Source: Bigelowiella natans CCMP2755 (lineage: Eukaryota; Protista; Cercozoa). Taken from it: DNA of 48,442 bases. The stretch spans positions 1 to 48,442 of the forward strand of contig ADNK01002292.1 in NCBI GenBank assembly GCA_000320545.1, read 5' to 3'. The translations under genes were made by a program, and so were the position numbers. Below, piece by piece: positions 23,877 to 35,813 of the stretch. Numbering within the stretch: position 1 is the first letter of the stretch; every line of letters starts with the position of its first letter. The notes beneath the pieces are model-generated. The model was given only the letters and a program-made list of their open reading frames with translations. It did not search any database and was not told the origin of the DNA.

Positions 23877-26800
23877 ATGGGATCCTTGAAGGCATGGTTA
23901 TTTCTAGCTTTTACGCTCACTCTTCCTATCACAGCCGAATACGTTGGAAGGAAGGATGCGGTTAATCATCATGACAGATCTCATGACATTCGCGGTGACA
24001 TTGAGCTTGATGATGATGACGCGTTGGTGGACAATTTCGACACGTCTTTGCAAGGGAAGGGCCATGGCCACAATCCACACAACCACACGCCTCACTTTCA
24101 TGCCCCTCCTAGGCCTACAAGTCGCCCAACAGGTGGTGTTTTGATAAACGTGTAGAACTCATACTTTGTTATAAAATCTGTGACAAATTCTAAAGCGATA
24201 TAATGATAGTGACTAGCTATCGTCACATGACGGGCAAAGCCATTACAAATACTAAAAACATTTATCTAAAGAAAAATAGATTCTGCAAGCTAACTATAAA
24301 CATGATTAATTGAATGTTAACATATTCAGATCCACCGACACCAGCTCCCACACAATATCCATCAACGTCGCCGACACGGGTTCCTACAGCCTACCCGACA
24401 CCGGGAACGATTCCTTCTGATCAAATTCTAGGGGAAAACGAAGAACTAGTTGTCCAACGGGGCCTAAATCGAGGATCTATCAAGTACCGTAATCTTTAAG
24501 TTCAATTTGTACACTCTCTCTGTTCGATTTGGTGGGAAATTTGCGATTAACATTTGATATTTTAGTTACATCCCAGAATTTCGACTTTCGTTTGAGTTAA
24601 AGCTAACTGGATTGCGAGGACCGGGTAGTAAAAAAAGTTTATATTCTGCTAGGACAGTTTTGAGAAGAGTCCTGCACAGATTACACTAATATCATGCACA
24701 TGACTGCCCGAGATTCTCAGCTCGAATCAAGACCTGCGGTAAAAATTTTGATGGAACTTATACTTTATAATTTTATTTCAAAGCATTTTCATAGGTGTGG
24801 ACATATCCAAATTCAACGCAGCTGCATATTCGAATGAGTACTGAACAAGACCCAGGGTCACTGTTTCTACTTGAACATCGTAAACTGCATTCCACTTTAA
24901 AAGTTTTGCTTATAGGGGGGGATGTGATCCTCCGCAGGAAATTCCTTTGAACCAATGGACAAATGTATCTATTTTACTCATTGGAAGGGTATATCTCTTC
25001 AATGATTTCCAAATTCAAGTATTTTGAGATGTTGCTGCGCGCACGCTATTATTAGGGGGCTGTCCTTGTGGTCCGATATGACGACAAGATTGTCTGCACA
25101 AATGACCTTGTAATGCAATATTATAATCATGTGCTATATTGATACAAACATCATATAACTCCATCAAAGATAGGGGATGCAATTCCGTCTGAGGAAACTG
25201 TGAGGGTATATTTTAGTGACCCTTGGTTTGATCCCGCATCCGCGGAGGTCCGCTCCTTTGAGTATCAGGTTGTTGAGTACAATAATTTATCATCAACGCT
25301 GTTCTTACGTTGAGTTTTTCTACACAGGAATATGTTCCAACCCCTGATCCGACTGTAACTCCTACCACTTCGGAACCTTCTATTTCACCTATGACACGAG
25401 CTCCATTACTTGGAACCCACTCACCAGAAACATGTATGGCCATGATTTCCTTGAAACCATTTAGTTCTATGAAAGATTCCGAATATCGATCTGCTTTTTA
25501 TTTTACGCAGCGATACCATCAAGAACTCCTGCAACCTGCAGCCCGTCGAGTGTGTACCAGTTTATGCAGATCTTCATTATTTGTGCTCTTTTTACTAGTT
25601 CATGACGTATGTATTCTTAGTGAATCCTACCGTACGTACAAACAGTCCTTTCTTCACAGCAAGGACAATTTCTCCAACAACGGTGCATCATAGGAGAGAA
25701 ATCTTGACTTTTGGAGGTGATGAAATCGAGCTTTCCCGTAGGTGACACCATCGAATACGCCATCATTAATGATTCCAACTGTATGCCCGAACACAGATAC
25801 AGGTACAAACTTCAATTTCATGATTATGTTTTGAAAATTCCTTCGAACGTTTTGTCTTATTCGTCACGATTTTCGTAACGACTAAATAGTCTCACCGGTT
25901 TCATCCCCGACAGTGAGACCTAACGCACTATTGAAGGTTGTGAGCTGATAACTCCTACATTGTTTTTTGTTTTATGGACGCTACTATATGCAAACGCCTA
26001 TTTCTCATATATTTCTTGCGCATGTACTTTTAGCAACCATGTGAAGTTCAATGGTAAATGTTCGGTGTTTAGAAGGAGTATAGTCAAGCTTTCAGAGAAG
26101 AAAATCTCCCATGTATAATCTTACCTTCAGGTGGTCATGCTTATCTCTTTCCCTCAAGCTGGATGCATATCCAGTTCAGAGTATTCGCAACAAGTAGAGG
26201 GGACGATCAGAAGAACCTTCAGAGTCGGTAAAACTCAAATGGTATCACCATTTTAGTCTTGGTATTAAAATCAAGTGGCTTTTAGAGCTTGGTAGTACTG
26301 GTGTTGTAATCTCACAACCTGGATTGTGCGGTAATGATGACACTGGTGTCTTTCTGGATGTAGTCATATATCGGTACTTAACATTTAACGATAAAGTTCA
26401 TAACTTTCGCTGACTCTATTTTCCCCTCTTCAATTGAAGCCTTCCCAGTACGAATGCGGAAATGGTTATAACAAAAATCGAAGATTTTGAACATGGTACG
26501 TGCTAGTTGTGCTAGTTTAAATTTCCGATTACCGATAAAATCAGACTACCAGACCTATTAATCTCAGGTGATGGGGTTCAAGGGGGAAGGAACATCACTA
26601 CTTTGTTTACTGGAGAGAGTTGGTTTGAGGGACAGGCTGAGATTTTGACGTTAGGCACAGAAGATGACCTAGACGTAGATGACCCTGTTTCTGGATCTGC
26701 AACCACCTCAGTTGCAGTGGTTGGTATACAAGAAATCATAAACTTGTTACACGAAATAGCATTGCAAATCTTCAATATTTCGGTAATAATTATATCTTTT

Positions 26801-27078
26801 AGATTGTCGTGTCAGTAGTCTGCGGCTTGGTCGCAATTGCAGGATTTGCAGTTGCAGGGCTTTATATTTGGAGGAAGCGACAGCTTGCGCTTCTGAATAG
26901 TGCGGCCGAAGACATCGGGGAAGGAGATATAAACCTGGATCACAATCAGCCATATCATGATAGAAACTTGAAAGATCTCTTGGAGCTAGATGATGCCAGC
27001 TCTATAGCCACAGGGATGACGATGCCCTCTGATATTGGATCGGCTGTTGAAGGACGTCGTTCTCAAGAAATTGGGTAA
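23877..27078 (+). CDS. Type I membrane glycoprotein: signal peptide, His-rich segment, P/T mucin-like stalks, LamG/concanavalin A-like domain, single TM, short cytoplasmic tail
   Basis: Signal peptide MGSLKAWLFLAFTLTLPITA. PT repeats DPPTPAPTQYPSTSPT and VPTPDPTVTPTTSEP. Spliced YIPEFRLSFELKL..DYTNIMHMT..SRPA/VWTYPNSTQLHIRMS..GCDPPQEIPLNQWTNVSI..VRVYFSDPWFDPASAEV is a ConA-like beta-sandwich pattern. TM IVVSVVCGLVAIAGFAVAGLYIW is followed by RKR; stop at 27076-27078. Confidence 0.8.
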
Positions 27079-27099
27079 GTAACGACACCGAATGTGTGC

Positions 27100-28030
27100 A
27101 TATTAGCGAAATTAACTAGGAGAGATAATAGTGATTACATCGCGATAGATAAGCATGTAATGTGTAGCTAAATCTTTGAGCTTCCATATGTGATATGTAG
27201 AAATCTGTTAATTGTTTTAACATGGATATATTCCCACATCTGGACATGTACTGGTGTAGTAATTTACACGCGCAGGCTGCGAATCTAGCTTAGCTGGCTA
27301 GCTAGGGGTGAAGGCTTTATACCCAAGCGTGCAGCTATGCATTAGAGATTTCATCACATCTAGACAGACGTGTGATGGCAGCACAACTAGACAATCAGAC
27401 AGTAAACAATTCTAGAATTTCAACTTCTAGAGCTTTGATAGCTAGATAGCTAGTCTAGAGTGTCTAGGTGCGCTAGTCTAGTAGTGTGCCTGTGTGATGC
27501 ACTAGCTAGCTAGCTAGGTAGTGCATGCGAACCTCTACTAGAGTAGCTAGCTAGCTAGCTAGCCCAGCAGGCTAGCAGGATCTCTTGCACACTTGAGATC
27601 TGAAGATGCCTTCTTGCCTTCTGTGGCCTTTTAGCCTTGCTAGCTTGTCAAGATGTCTTGTTGATTTAGTGATTGCTAGTAGATTGCTTTGTGATACAAT
27701 GAACCGATCTAGCAATGTCTGCGATGGACAGGCTAGCAAGTGTCGCACTCTAGCTAGCTAGTGCTAGCATTTGATGATCTAGATGGTGCTTTCTAGCTTT
27801 CTAGCTTTTCAGCAAGTTAGCAAGCCATTCTAGCATGCTAATGAGCTATCTACTCTAGTTTGGAAACTTGAACAACACATTGACTTAGCACTGAGCACTA
27901 CTAGACTAGCTAGTGGAGCAGACTAGCAGAGTAGGGAGGCAAGAGCGTCTTTTCTATTTGTTCGCTCCATCCAATAAACAGCATCTCATTTCAGGACAAA
28001 TTATGCATGTGCTGTAGCTGCATGCTTAGC
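27100..28030. mobile_element. CTAG-rich intergenic block; probable hypermutated repeat relic
   Basis: Runs such as gctagatagctagtctag and ctagctagctagctag; no ORF; lies between convergent genes. Confidence 0.4.
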
Positions 28031-28193
28031 TAGACTTTATCAATCAATAAGGAACAACAGTAGCAATATAAATGGTGGTATCAAAATATGAGCCGCCTTT
28101 ACATTGTAAAGATAAGAAAACAAGTAACAATTCCATTCACTCGGCGCAATATAGGTTGCAGGTACGGAAATTGTACCGCGTCCTCGTAACGAA

Positions 28194-31100
28194 TTATATA
28201 TGAAATGAATTTTTCTTTTCGTGGCTTGCAGCTCTAGTGAAAATCTGTTTCTTTTCAAAAGATGGGTAGACCCAACGCAAAGTTGTGAAACCGTGGACAA
28301 AATCTTCTAGGTTTTCATAAACATCAACAACATCCTTTAGATGTAATTGAAAACCTTCAGGTTGGGCTTCGAGGAGTAGATGAACCACTTCTCCACCTTC
28401 TGAAACGTACGCCAAGCTTAGATCTCCTGCATAGTTTGCGCTAAGTCGCAATGCAAATGTTCCAGGTGCTGTTGTTCGAAGATAAGCGTGGAAGATTTGT
28501 TTGTTGTGCGAAATTCCGTAGATCTTGGTTACAGGATCTACGGCATCCCATAGATGTAAAATTTTTTTTACTGTTCCGTGGAAAGGAAGGTACCACATGC
28601 TCCACCAACTTTGTATTTTGCAAAGTTCGATTTCGCCTTTCAAAATTAAGGAACAAAAATTAAGGAACATATTAACAAAACACCAAAAAGGATCAGTGTA
28701 GCTGCACCTGCGGAAGAAGTTGTAATTCTTCTGATTATTTCTTCTAGATCATGTGAGGAGAGACCTCTGGAAGCATGTGTCGTCGATGTGAAATGTTGAT
28801 TAAGATGGAGACAAAAATCACTCGCAGTTGTTACACCTTCATATATAACATGGGCAAGGTTTCAATTTAGAGCATATACAATATCAGTTTTGTGAATACG
28901 TTAAAACTAAAGGGTACCTGTAGAAGATAACCCTTTCCAGAAAGACTCAAAACTCATCTCGCTTGGGCTCAGGTTTTGCGGTAGAATCTGAGTCGTTCAA
29001 AAAGACAGAAATTCACTCGCTAATTGCATTGAAATGGTTTATTTTGAATATTTGTAACACCTTTTCACAAGGCCTGTTAAGGCTCAAAAGTTTGACAGCA
29101 CCATCCAAAAGATGATACTGAAGGAGTTTCGCGACTCGACACACAATGCCTGGATAGCCTCGGCAGACATCTTTAATTATCGGATGATGACGAAGTAGAT
29201 GCAGTAGCTGGGCAGAAGTTAAAGTGCCTACATGTACGAGTTGCTAATCAGAAGTCATATTTTGTTAAGTCAAAGCTCTTACCATTGTCCGTGAGTTCCA
29301 TAGCCTGTATTGGGCGTGAAAGTTTCAGTAGTAATGAGACGGTGTCTTTGTCGTCCAGGGGCTTCAGCTCGATAGTTCGCTCTAGAATCTGGCTAGGCAA
29401 CGCTAGCAAATTACATACCTAATTCGTAACATTATTTCGCAGATTCTGGGAATACAGCCTTGCAAGCTTGCAAGTTTTATCTCTTCATAATGATTAGTTA
29501 TGCACCGGTATACAACTCGTAGTAAGGAGCTTTATGTGCGGGCATGTCTGTAGGAGCGATACGATATTGCGAACTAAACCCTTCTTCCATTCTGGATGGC
29601 GACTTTGAGCTAAAGCCTAAAATAAGATGTACTATAATCTGAACACAAGTCTCTTCATTTCATTTTTACATTACCTCATCAATCCTTGTGAAAATAACCA
29701 GAATATTCATTTTCTCAAGAGATTTCAAGAGCTTTTTGTTGTCTTTTGTGCTAGTTTTTACTTCGGCGTTGAGACCTACGACCTGAGCGATTTGAGAAAA
29801 TATCGTCCCATCCGAAGTTGGGTTAGCCATATCCAGCATGACCATCCCATCAGAAAAGTGGTTTCTCTGCAGCATATATCGACAAACAGCTGTCGCAGTT
29901 TCTGCCTTCCCGATTCCTATTATTTATGTCTCTATGTGCAACACGAAAAGGAGTCATAATTTATTTTGGTGACCTAACTTCCCAGTAATCGTTACGATAC
30001 GCGTTCTGGCGTCTCTAATAAACTTTATAGTTGACTGCATCTCCTGATTTCTAACGAACATGAAAATGTATAAAAATGATGGTAAGAATCAGATAGAATT
30101 CCAAGACCTTCCAACAAACTGCGGGGATAGAGATGGAAGATTGTGTGGTGGAAGCAACAATGTGTGATCAACAAGATCCCCCTTCGTAACCTAAGTAAGC
30201 CAAGAGGTCATTATGCCAAAGCATCATTTTTCCTCTATTTCTTCAATACCGAGCTGAATATCTTCACATCATGTTTCTCATCCTTTGGTAAAAGAAGAAA
30301 TTTCTCTGATTCCTTCCTGCCCATCTTTGAAGTTTCTTTCACAACCTGCGAATGTAAATATAGTTGATGGTCAACCAAAAATTGTTTGCGAATCACTTAC
30401 CACTTTTGCTATGTCAAACGCTTCCTTGATAGTGTGGTCATTCGTGACAGCTAAGTAAAACTAGCAACAACACAACGCCAAACTTATTTTTTTTTCAGAA
30501 ATAAATATATATGAGTCACCTGTTTGGTAAACGTAACAGCTGCGTGATCTTCCAAAGTCTCGTCGACTTGTACCGCGATTACGTGTTTCACCCCCGCTCG
30601 GACAAATGCATTTCCTGATACTTCAGAGTGGCATGCAGCTACAAAAACAAGGTCTACAGTCCTACAAGAGTTTCCAACGGCAAATAAATCGCGCAAAGCC
30701 TTCACTTTAAGTAAACGAGCAACCCCTGTGCCTAATTAAAAATTTTGTAAAGCACGGCGCATATATTTACACTTAATTATGATAAGTTTGGTATCTAAAT
30801 ATGAGAATATGAGCACATCATTACTGTCTTCAAAAACGAGATTCGATTTTTGTCCGTGTCCAGCGTAGTGTAAAACCTACAATCATGCTATAAGTATATA
30901 TTTCAAGGTAAACTTGAAAGTTCAGGAATGACCTTGCATCCCTCTGTGATAGCTTCTCTAAAGTTTACTACTCAATTATGGCGCTCAGTCAAGCATCAAA
31001 CTTTTTTTAGGTTTTCAAAACAAATAACAGTGTTTTTAGTCTCACTTGTTGTTGCGTGCATAGTGGCCACATGCAATGCCTTCTCGCTTCGGGAGAGTGC

Positions 31101-34100
31101 ATCTTTGACCACATTCCATTCTCTGCCAACGTTCAGCCTCTGTACAGCTTCATAGTAATATTATAAAATAGATAGAAAGTATAAATTGATATCAAATGAG
31201 AAGGCATAGGGGATAGCAGTAAAAATTGTAATTGGCGAAAGTTCTATGTATCTTACCCTGTCCTTGCTCGTCTATCAGTGGGTTTGAAGTCATGTGTAGA
31301 AAGTGATATCGCACTTTGGGCTTGTATATACGTTCCCCAACTGCCTCAGCTTCTTTGAGCATTAGATCTGTTAACTCATCATCTAATAGTTTTTTACATC
31401 TACTATCCTGAGTTCTGTATTGTTTCGAATCTGGATCATTAGAAGATCTAGGCATTGTCCCTGTTTTTTCTTTTTTTGCCGCACCGACCAGGCGGCCCTC
31501 CACTTCTTTCTCCTCAGCTCGGATGGGAAGGAATTTGTCCTGTGAATCCCCTTTAAAGGACTTATCCTTAAACGCTGGCATCGATCTTACAACACTAGGC
31601 TGAGTAAGTAGCAGAGATTCAGGCACCAATAACTACTGATATAGAACAAGGAACCTCCAGAATATACGAAGTTAATGACTGTCTGCTGCTGTTCGAGGAG
31701 TTATAGGCGTCCTGATTACCTTGACATATCAATTTATAATTTCAGCAATAACCCACACGAAAAGAAATTCAATATCATTAAGACTATCTCACTGTTGGAG
31801 CTGCTTGCATTGCCACCATTTTCAATGTTCTAGGGGGTCAGAGAGAGAGTTAGCACGCCGATCACATATTCAAATTATCATCGACCAGCGAAGCGTTCAC
31901 ATGCAAAAAACCGCCATATCGACCCAATGCTGCGTCAAATGCTTTAATTATTCGTTTCCTAATCATTAAGGTGTCCTTAAGAATGTATTCGATGAACGTC
32001 CTACAGAGTGAACTTACAAAGAAAACTTAAATACCTGTGCTTACGATCATCTGGTGAGCAGTACTGAAATTTGATATATCTGGAAACCACATCGAGTTGC
32101 TCGTGCAACTCTGATACAGATTCACCGCTGCTCGAATATGGTTTCTCACTCTTGCCATCGTAAAACTCTGATTTTAGTGCTACTCTTTTCTTTTCCAGCT
32201 TTCCGTTCAGACAGTCACAAACTTTAGAAGATGCCTTTAAATGAAAAACGTGCTGGGTTTTTTTTCCGATCGGGGTAGTATCGGACAGTCTAATTGGCAA
32301 AGAGATGGTTTGAGATTATTGTAAAGACAATTTGATATTATTACATAGATTTATTGCATATAATTGACCTGAGGACTCGAGAGAAGAACGGCTTGGCTAA
32401 TGGGTGCTTCACACACCGCGTAGGTTTGAAGTATCGAGTCCGATTGTAGTTGTAGTAGCAATCATAGTAAAACCTATTTGAAGAAGTAATTGTTTATTAC
32501 GAATCCTAGAAACAATTTTCTCCTGCACACCCATCTTCTAAACTTGTCATGTCCATGTCCTTCTTCCGGAATCCATGGAAATCACATTCTAAATTACAAC
32601 ATAAACCTTAGATGTGAACGTGGAGTGGTAAGAGAATCTATTACCTTCGATAACAACACAGTGATTCTTCACTGAAAGTAAAGGAATATCATCATTAATG
32701 AAGCAACTTTAATCATTATTGATCCTACCAGGGTAAATGCCTTTCTCAGGAAAGTGGAGTGATTGCTTAGCACTATATTCCATATTGCCCCATGCATGAC
32801 TGAACGCCTGGTTTATAAAGCATCCCTTTGAAACCAGTTAACACTCAGCATCTTTACAAATATTCAGGAACCTTGCAAATCAAGCAGAGAAGTGAATTTT
32901 TATTCGGAGTGCACTTGGTACAGTCACATATGCGCATGTGCCCTTTCGAGCACATAAATCCAGGATCCTTGTGTACAAAGAATAGTCAGGAGTACTTTTT
33001 ATGGTTATGGTAGAACTTACGTTTGTGAGCTTTCTGATATTATTACGTATAATCTCCGGCTTTACTTCGTCACCTTTCGAAGGAATAGATTTCTTGGCAC
33101 TATCGGGAAATAAAAATTGGAATTTTTGAATTACCATTCATGTTTAAAGTTGGTATGCCGTTGCTGTGCACAGGTTTTTTCAAATTTAACATAAAATCAA
33201 TGAATTCTTTTAATCTATGAGCGACTGCAGGCCATTCTCTTCTATTTTCACGCTTGTAGATAGACTCGCATTGCCCCATCAGGATACCAAGCACCTTCGC
33301 AGCGTCTGTTCATGAACATAATTACGGGACGATACTGCACATCTGACCCAGTCGTTGTTCGCACCATGGAAGAATCTCCAAACTTTTACTCTATTTAAAT
33401 CCCATTCTCTCATCAAATCCTAAATAAAACACCGGGTTTAATAAAATCACTTCAGTGTGATTAGTATTTCGTCACCTGAGCAAAATCACTCCATGGAATT
33501 TCAGCAGCGTCACTTCCTGCGATGCATTCCTACATTCCAATTGATCTCAGTTGTCCGTACATTTTCAATCGGTGTCTCTCCACCTTTATATTTGTGGCTT
33601 TCTTCTTCTTCCTTTTGCCTTTTCCTGCTCCATTAGATGGAGTCAAAGGCTTACCATTTTTACTGATTTGATACTGGCTACTGGGAGAAATATGTTTCCG
33701 TTTGGCAGAATATTTATCAGTCCGTGGTTGACATTGACTTGCACGAGGAGTGACTAAACAAGTTGCCATTTGAGGGTTTGATTGTTAATCTTATTATTGT
33801 AAGACAACCTGCAAATGACTGTTGTATTCTTTGCAAATACTTTCGTTGTCCCGTTGTAATTCCAGCCTAATTTAGGCAATTCTCATTCTCGTTTATGGTT
33901 GACAATACTAAACTTCGTTCCACAAACCTTAATCATCTCATCATCACTCCACCGTAGAAAAGTGTCACCGGTTTTACTCTCTCTCAGAATGATCTCAATA
34001 GTCTTTGACTTCAGGTTCCATCTGGCATAGTTTTGCTTCAACCATTCTATAAAATCTTCTTGAGAGAGAGCCTTAAACTCTTCAGCGGTCCTAATTTTAC

Positions 34101-34373
34101 ATCGCAAATAGAGCTTGGTGGCAAAAGTTGAATGATAATAAATCTAATACCACATCTTTGGTGCTAAAGTGTTGAGAGAGGTAGGCTCGGTGAACAAAGC
34201 AGCTGTGGGAGATGAAACCGCCCCCATTGCTGCAAACGCAAGTAACTTAATTTTGGGATCGAAAATCATTGCATCAACATCTTCTACCTTCAAACGACAA
34301 CGGTGGCGCATTCCTCAACCTCCCTGGCAAGTGACTAACAAGAAGATAATACCCATGAGCATTAAAATGTCTC

Positions 34374-34424
<51 letters not shown>

Positions 34425-34863
34425 CATATCTCCCTCCCTTGGGGTCATTCAAATGGTTCTAACTTCAACGTTGCTGGCAATGATATATTCGCGAAGCCTT
34501 CATTTGTGAGAATATCCATGGGTAGAGGAATAGATGGAAAGCCTTGCTGATCTAGCGGTAGATTTCCCGTCGAGTTCTTATAGTGCCTTAGAAGCGTAAT
34601 AAAATGTTGGAAACCAATGCTCAAAGTTTTGATGAAATCGTACATCAATCTAGTTTTCATATCTCCATCAATTAATGAAGCCATATCGCCAACAGCTGCT
34701 GCTTGGACACTTCTTCCGGCTGAACTTGAATCATCTAACCCACGATGAATCTCATTGCCATTTTCTGTGGCATTCCCGGTGTAGAATCCATCCTTGTGCA
34801 TCTGGCGGGACGGACTTCTCTTCTGTTTTTCAGCCACTCTTTCCAAACGTGATAACTGGAAAC
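28194..34863 (-). CDS. Multidomain NLR-like protein: SAM - Zn-finger-like - CHAT (caspase HetF-like) protease - NB-ARC/STAND NTPase - STAT-type linker + SH2; about 35 introns; 5' end unresolved (may extend to about 35310 or 35798)
   Basis: From hand-spliced, phase-consistent exons. SAM: FKALSQEDFIEWLKQ..GDTFLRWSDDEMIK/AGITTGQRKYLQRI (34090-33809). CHAT: FLHMTSNPL..LNVGREW..VLHYAGHG (His 30856-30858)..VFVAACHS (Cys 30631-30633)..AGVKHVIAV..DHAAVTFTKQ/FYLAV. NB-ARC: HNLPSLSPQFVGR..VTITGKL/GIGKAETA..ILVIFTRIDE..IKLLTTSC..IELKPL..CRGYPGIV. STAT linker/SH2: RGLSSHDLEEI..WWSMWYLPF..ILHLWD..IYGISHNK..PGTFALRLS..GDLSLAYV (last exon 28636-28194). Confidence 0.85.
34377..34424. repeat. (CT)n microsatellite, intronic
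   Basis: Direct reading of the sequence. Confidence 0.95.
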
Positions 34864-35813
34864 CTGTGTATTAAATACGACGAGACCACTAAAACGACAT
34901 CAATGCTAAGAAATGCGATGGGTTTTGCTGTGTTAGATCAACATGATTGTCAAGACTCTGGCTGAGGAAACTCGCAACAACAAAGCCTCGATTATCGAGC
35001 GTGGATTGTCTTTGGTTTCAAGATGATTGTGTCAGTCTTGGCTGTCGCAGAGATGAACGAGGTCCTCTCACCGCAACGTTTATAAATCGCAAGGAAACGC
35101 AGAAGCTTTTTGGTAGGTAATTTTTCTGGGAAACATTGTGAATTTGTACTGCATCTCACCTAAAGAGCTTTATTTTGACATTTACGACATCTCTCATAAG
35201 CTGTCGCATTGAGAAAGCATGCGATAAACGCTGCACCAGCAATTCACAAACAAAATCTAGCACGAGGCGGTTTCTTGTCCGCATGCGCATCTGGGAAAGA
35301 AGAAACAAAGAGAGACATCCGCAAAAAATGATGTGAATCAAAAAAGTGCCATTTTTCATTTTAGTTTGGGTTTTGAGGAAAGCAACGAAAACTACGCCCC
35401 ATCAGGTGATTTTACCCAATATCTGAAAGCCATATGTTTTAGTCATTTTCGCCTGTGTTTTATACAAAAGCGCGCTCAAAACCGAATAATTAATCCGAAA
35501 CGCTATGGCTTTCCCCCTAATTTCCATGCTTATTTGGTTGTCACATGAGGTTGATTTGAGAGCGTTTCTCTCTCCTCTTACTTATGTGTAATAGTCTGTC
35601 GAGATATGCCGGGGGATTCTCAACAAAAAATGAATTTATAATTGTCGTTATGTAAGGATTATCAGGTATTTTCAAGATTCAGCTTCAATTTCGGATGCAT
35701 TGAACTGAATATAGATTGAATCAATATTTGTCGCCCATGGAACCTGGATAAGAAGAATTAGCGCTGCACCCTGCCCCTGATTCGTTCTCCGTGGGCATTC
35801 CCTATTTTAAAAA

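Noticed and set aside
33305-33345. Possible 20-nt intron (GTAATTATGTTCATGAACAG) like chlorarachniophyte nucleomorph introns
   Set aside because: A 35-nt alternative restores the same frame and fits the other intron sizes; it cannot be decided without cDNA.
32730-35310. Menin-like similarity (EKGIYP, LAIYKRC)
   Set aside because: Only short coincidental words; the frame of the second fragment is not supported by splice phases.
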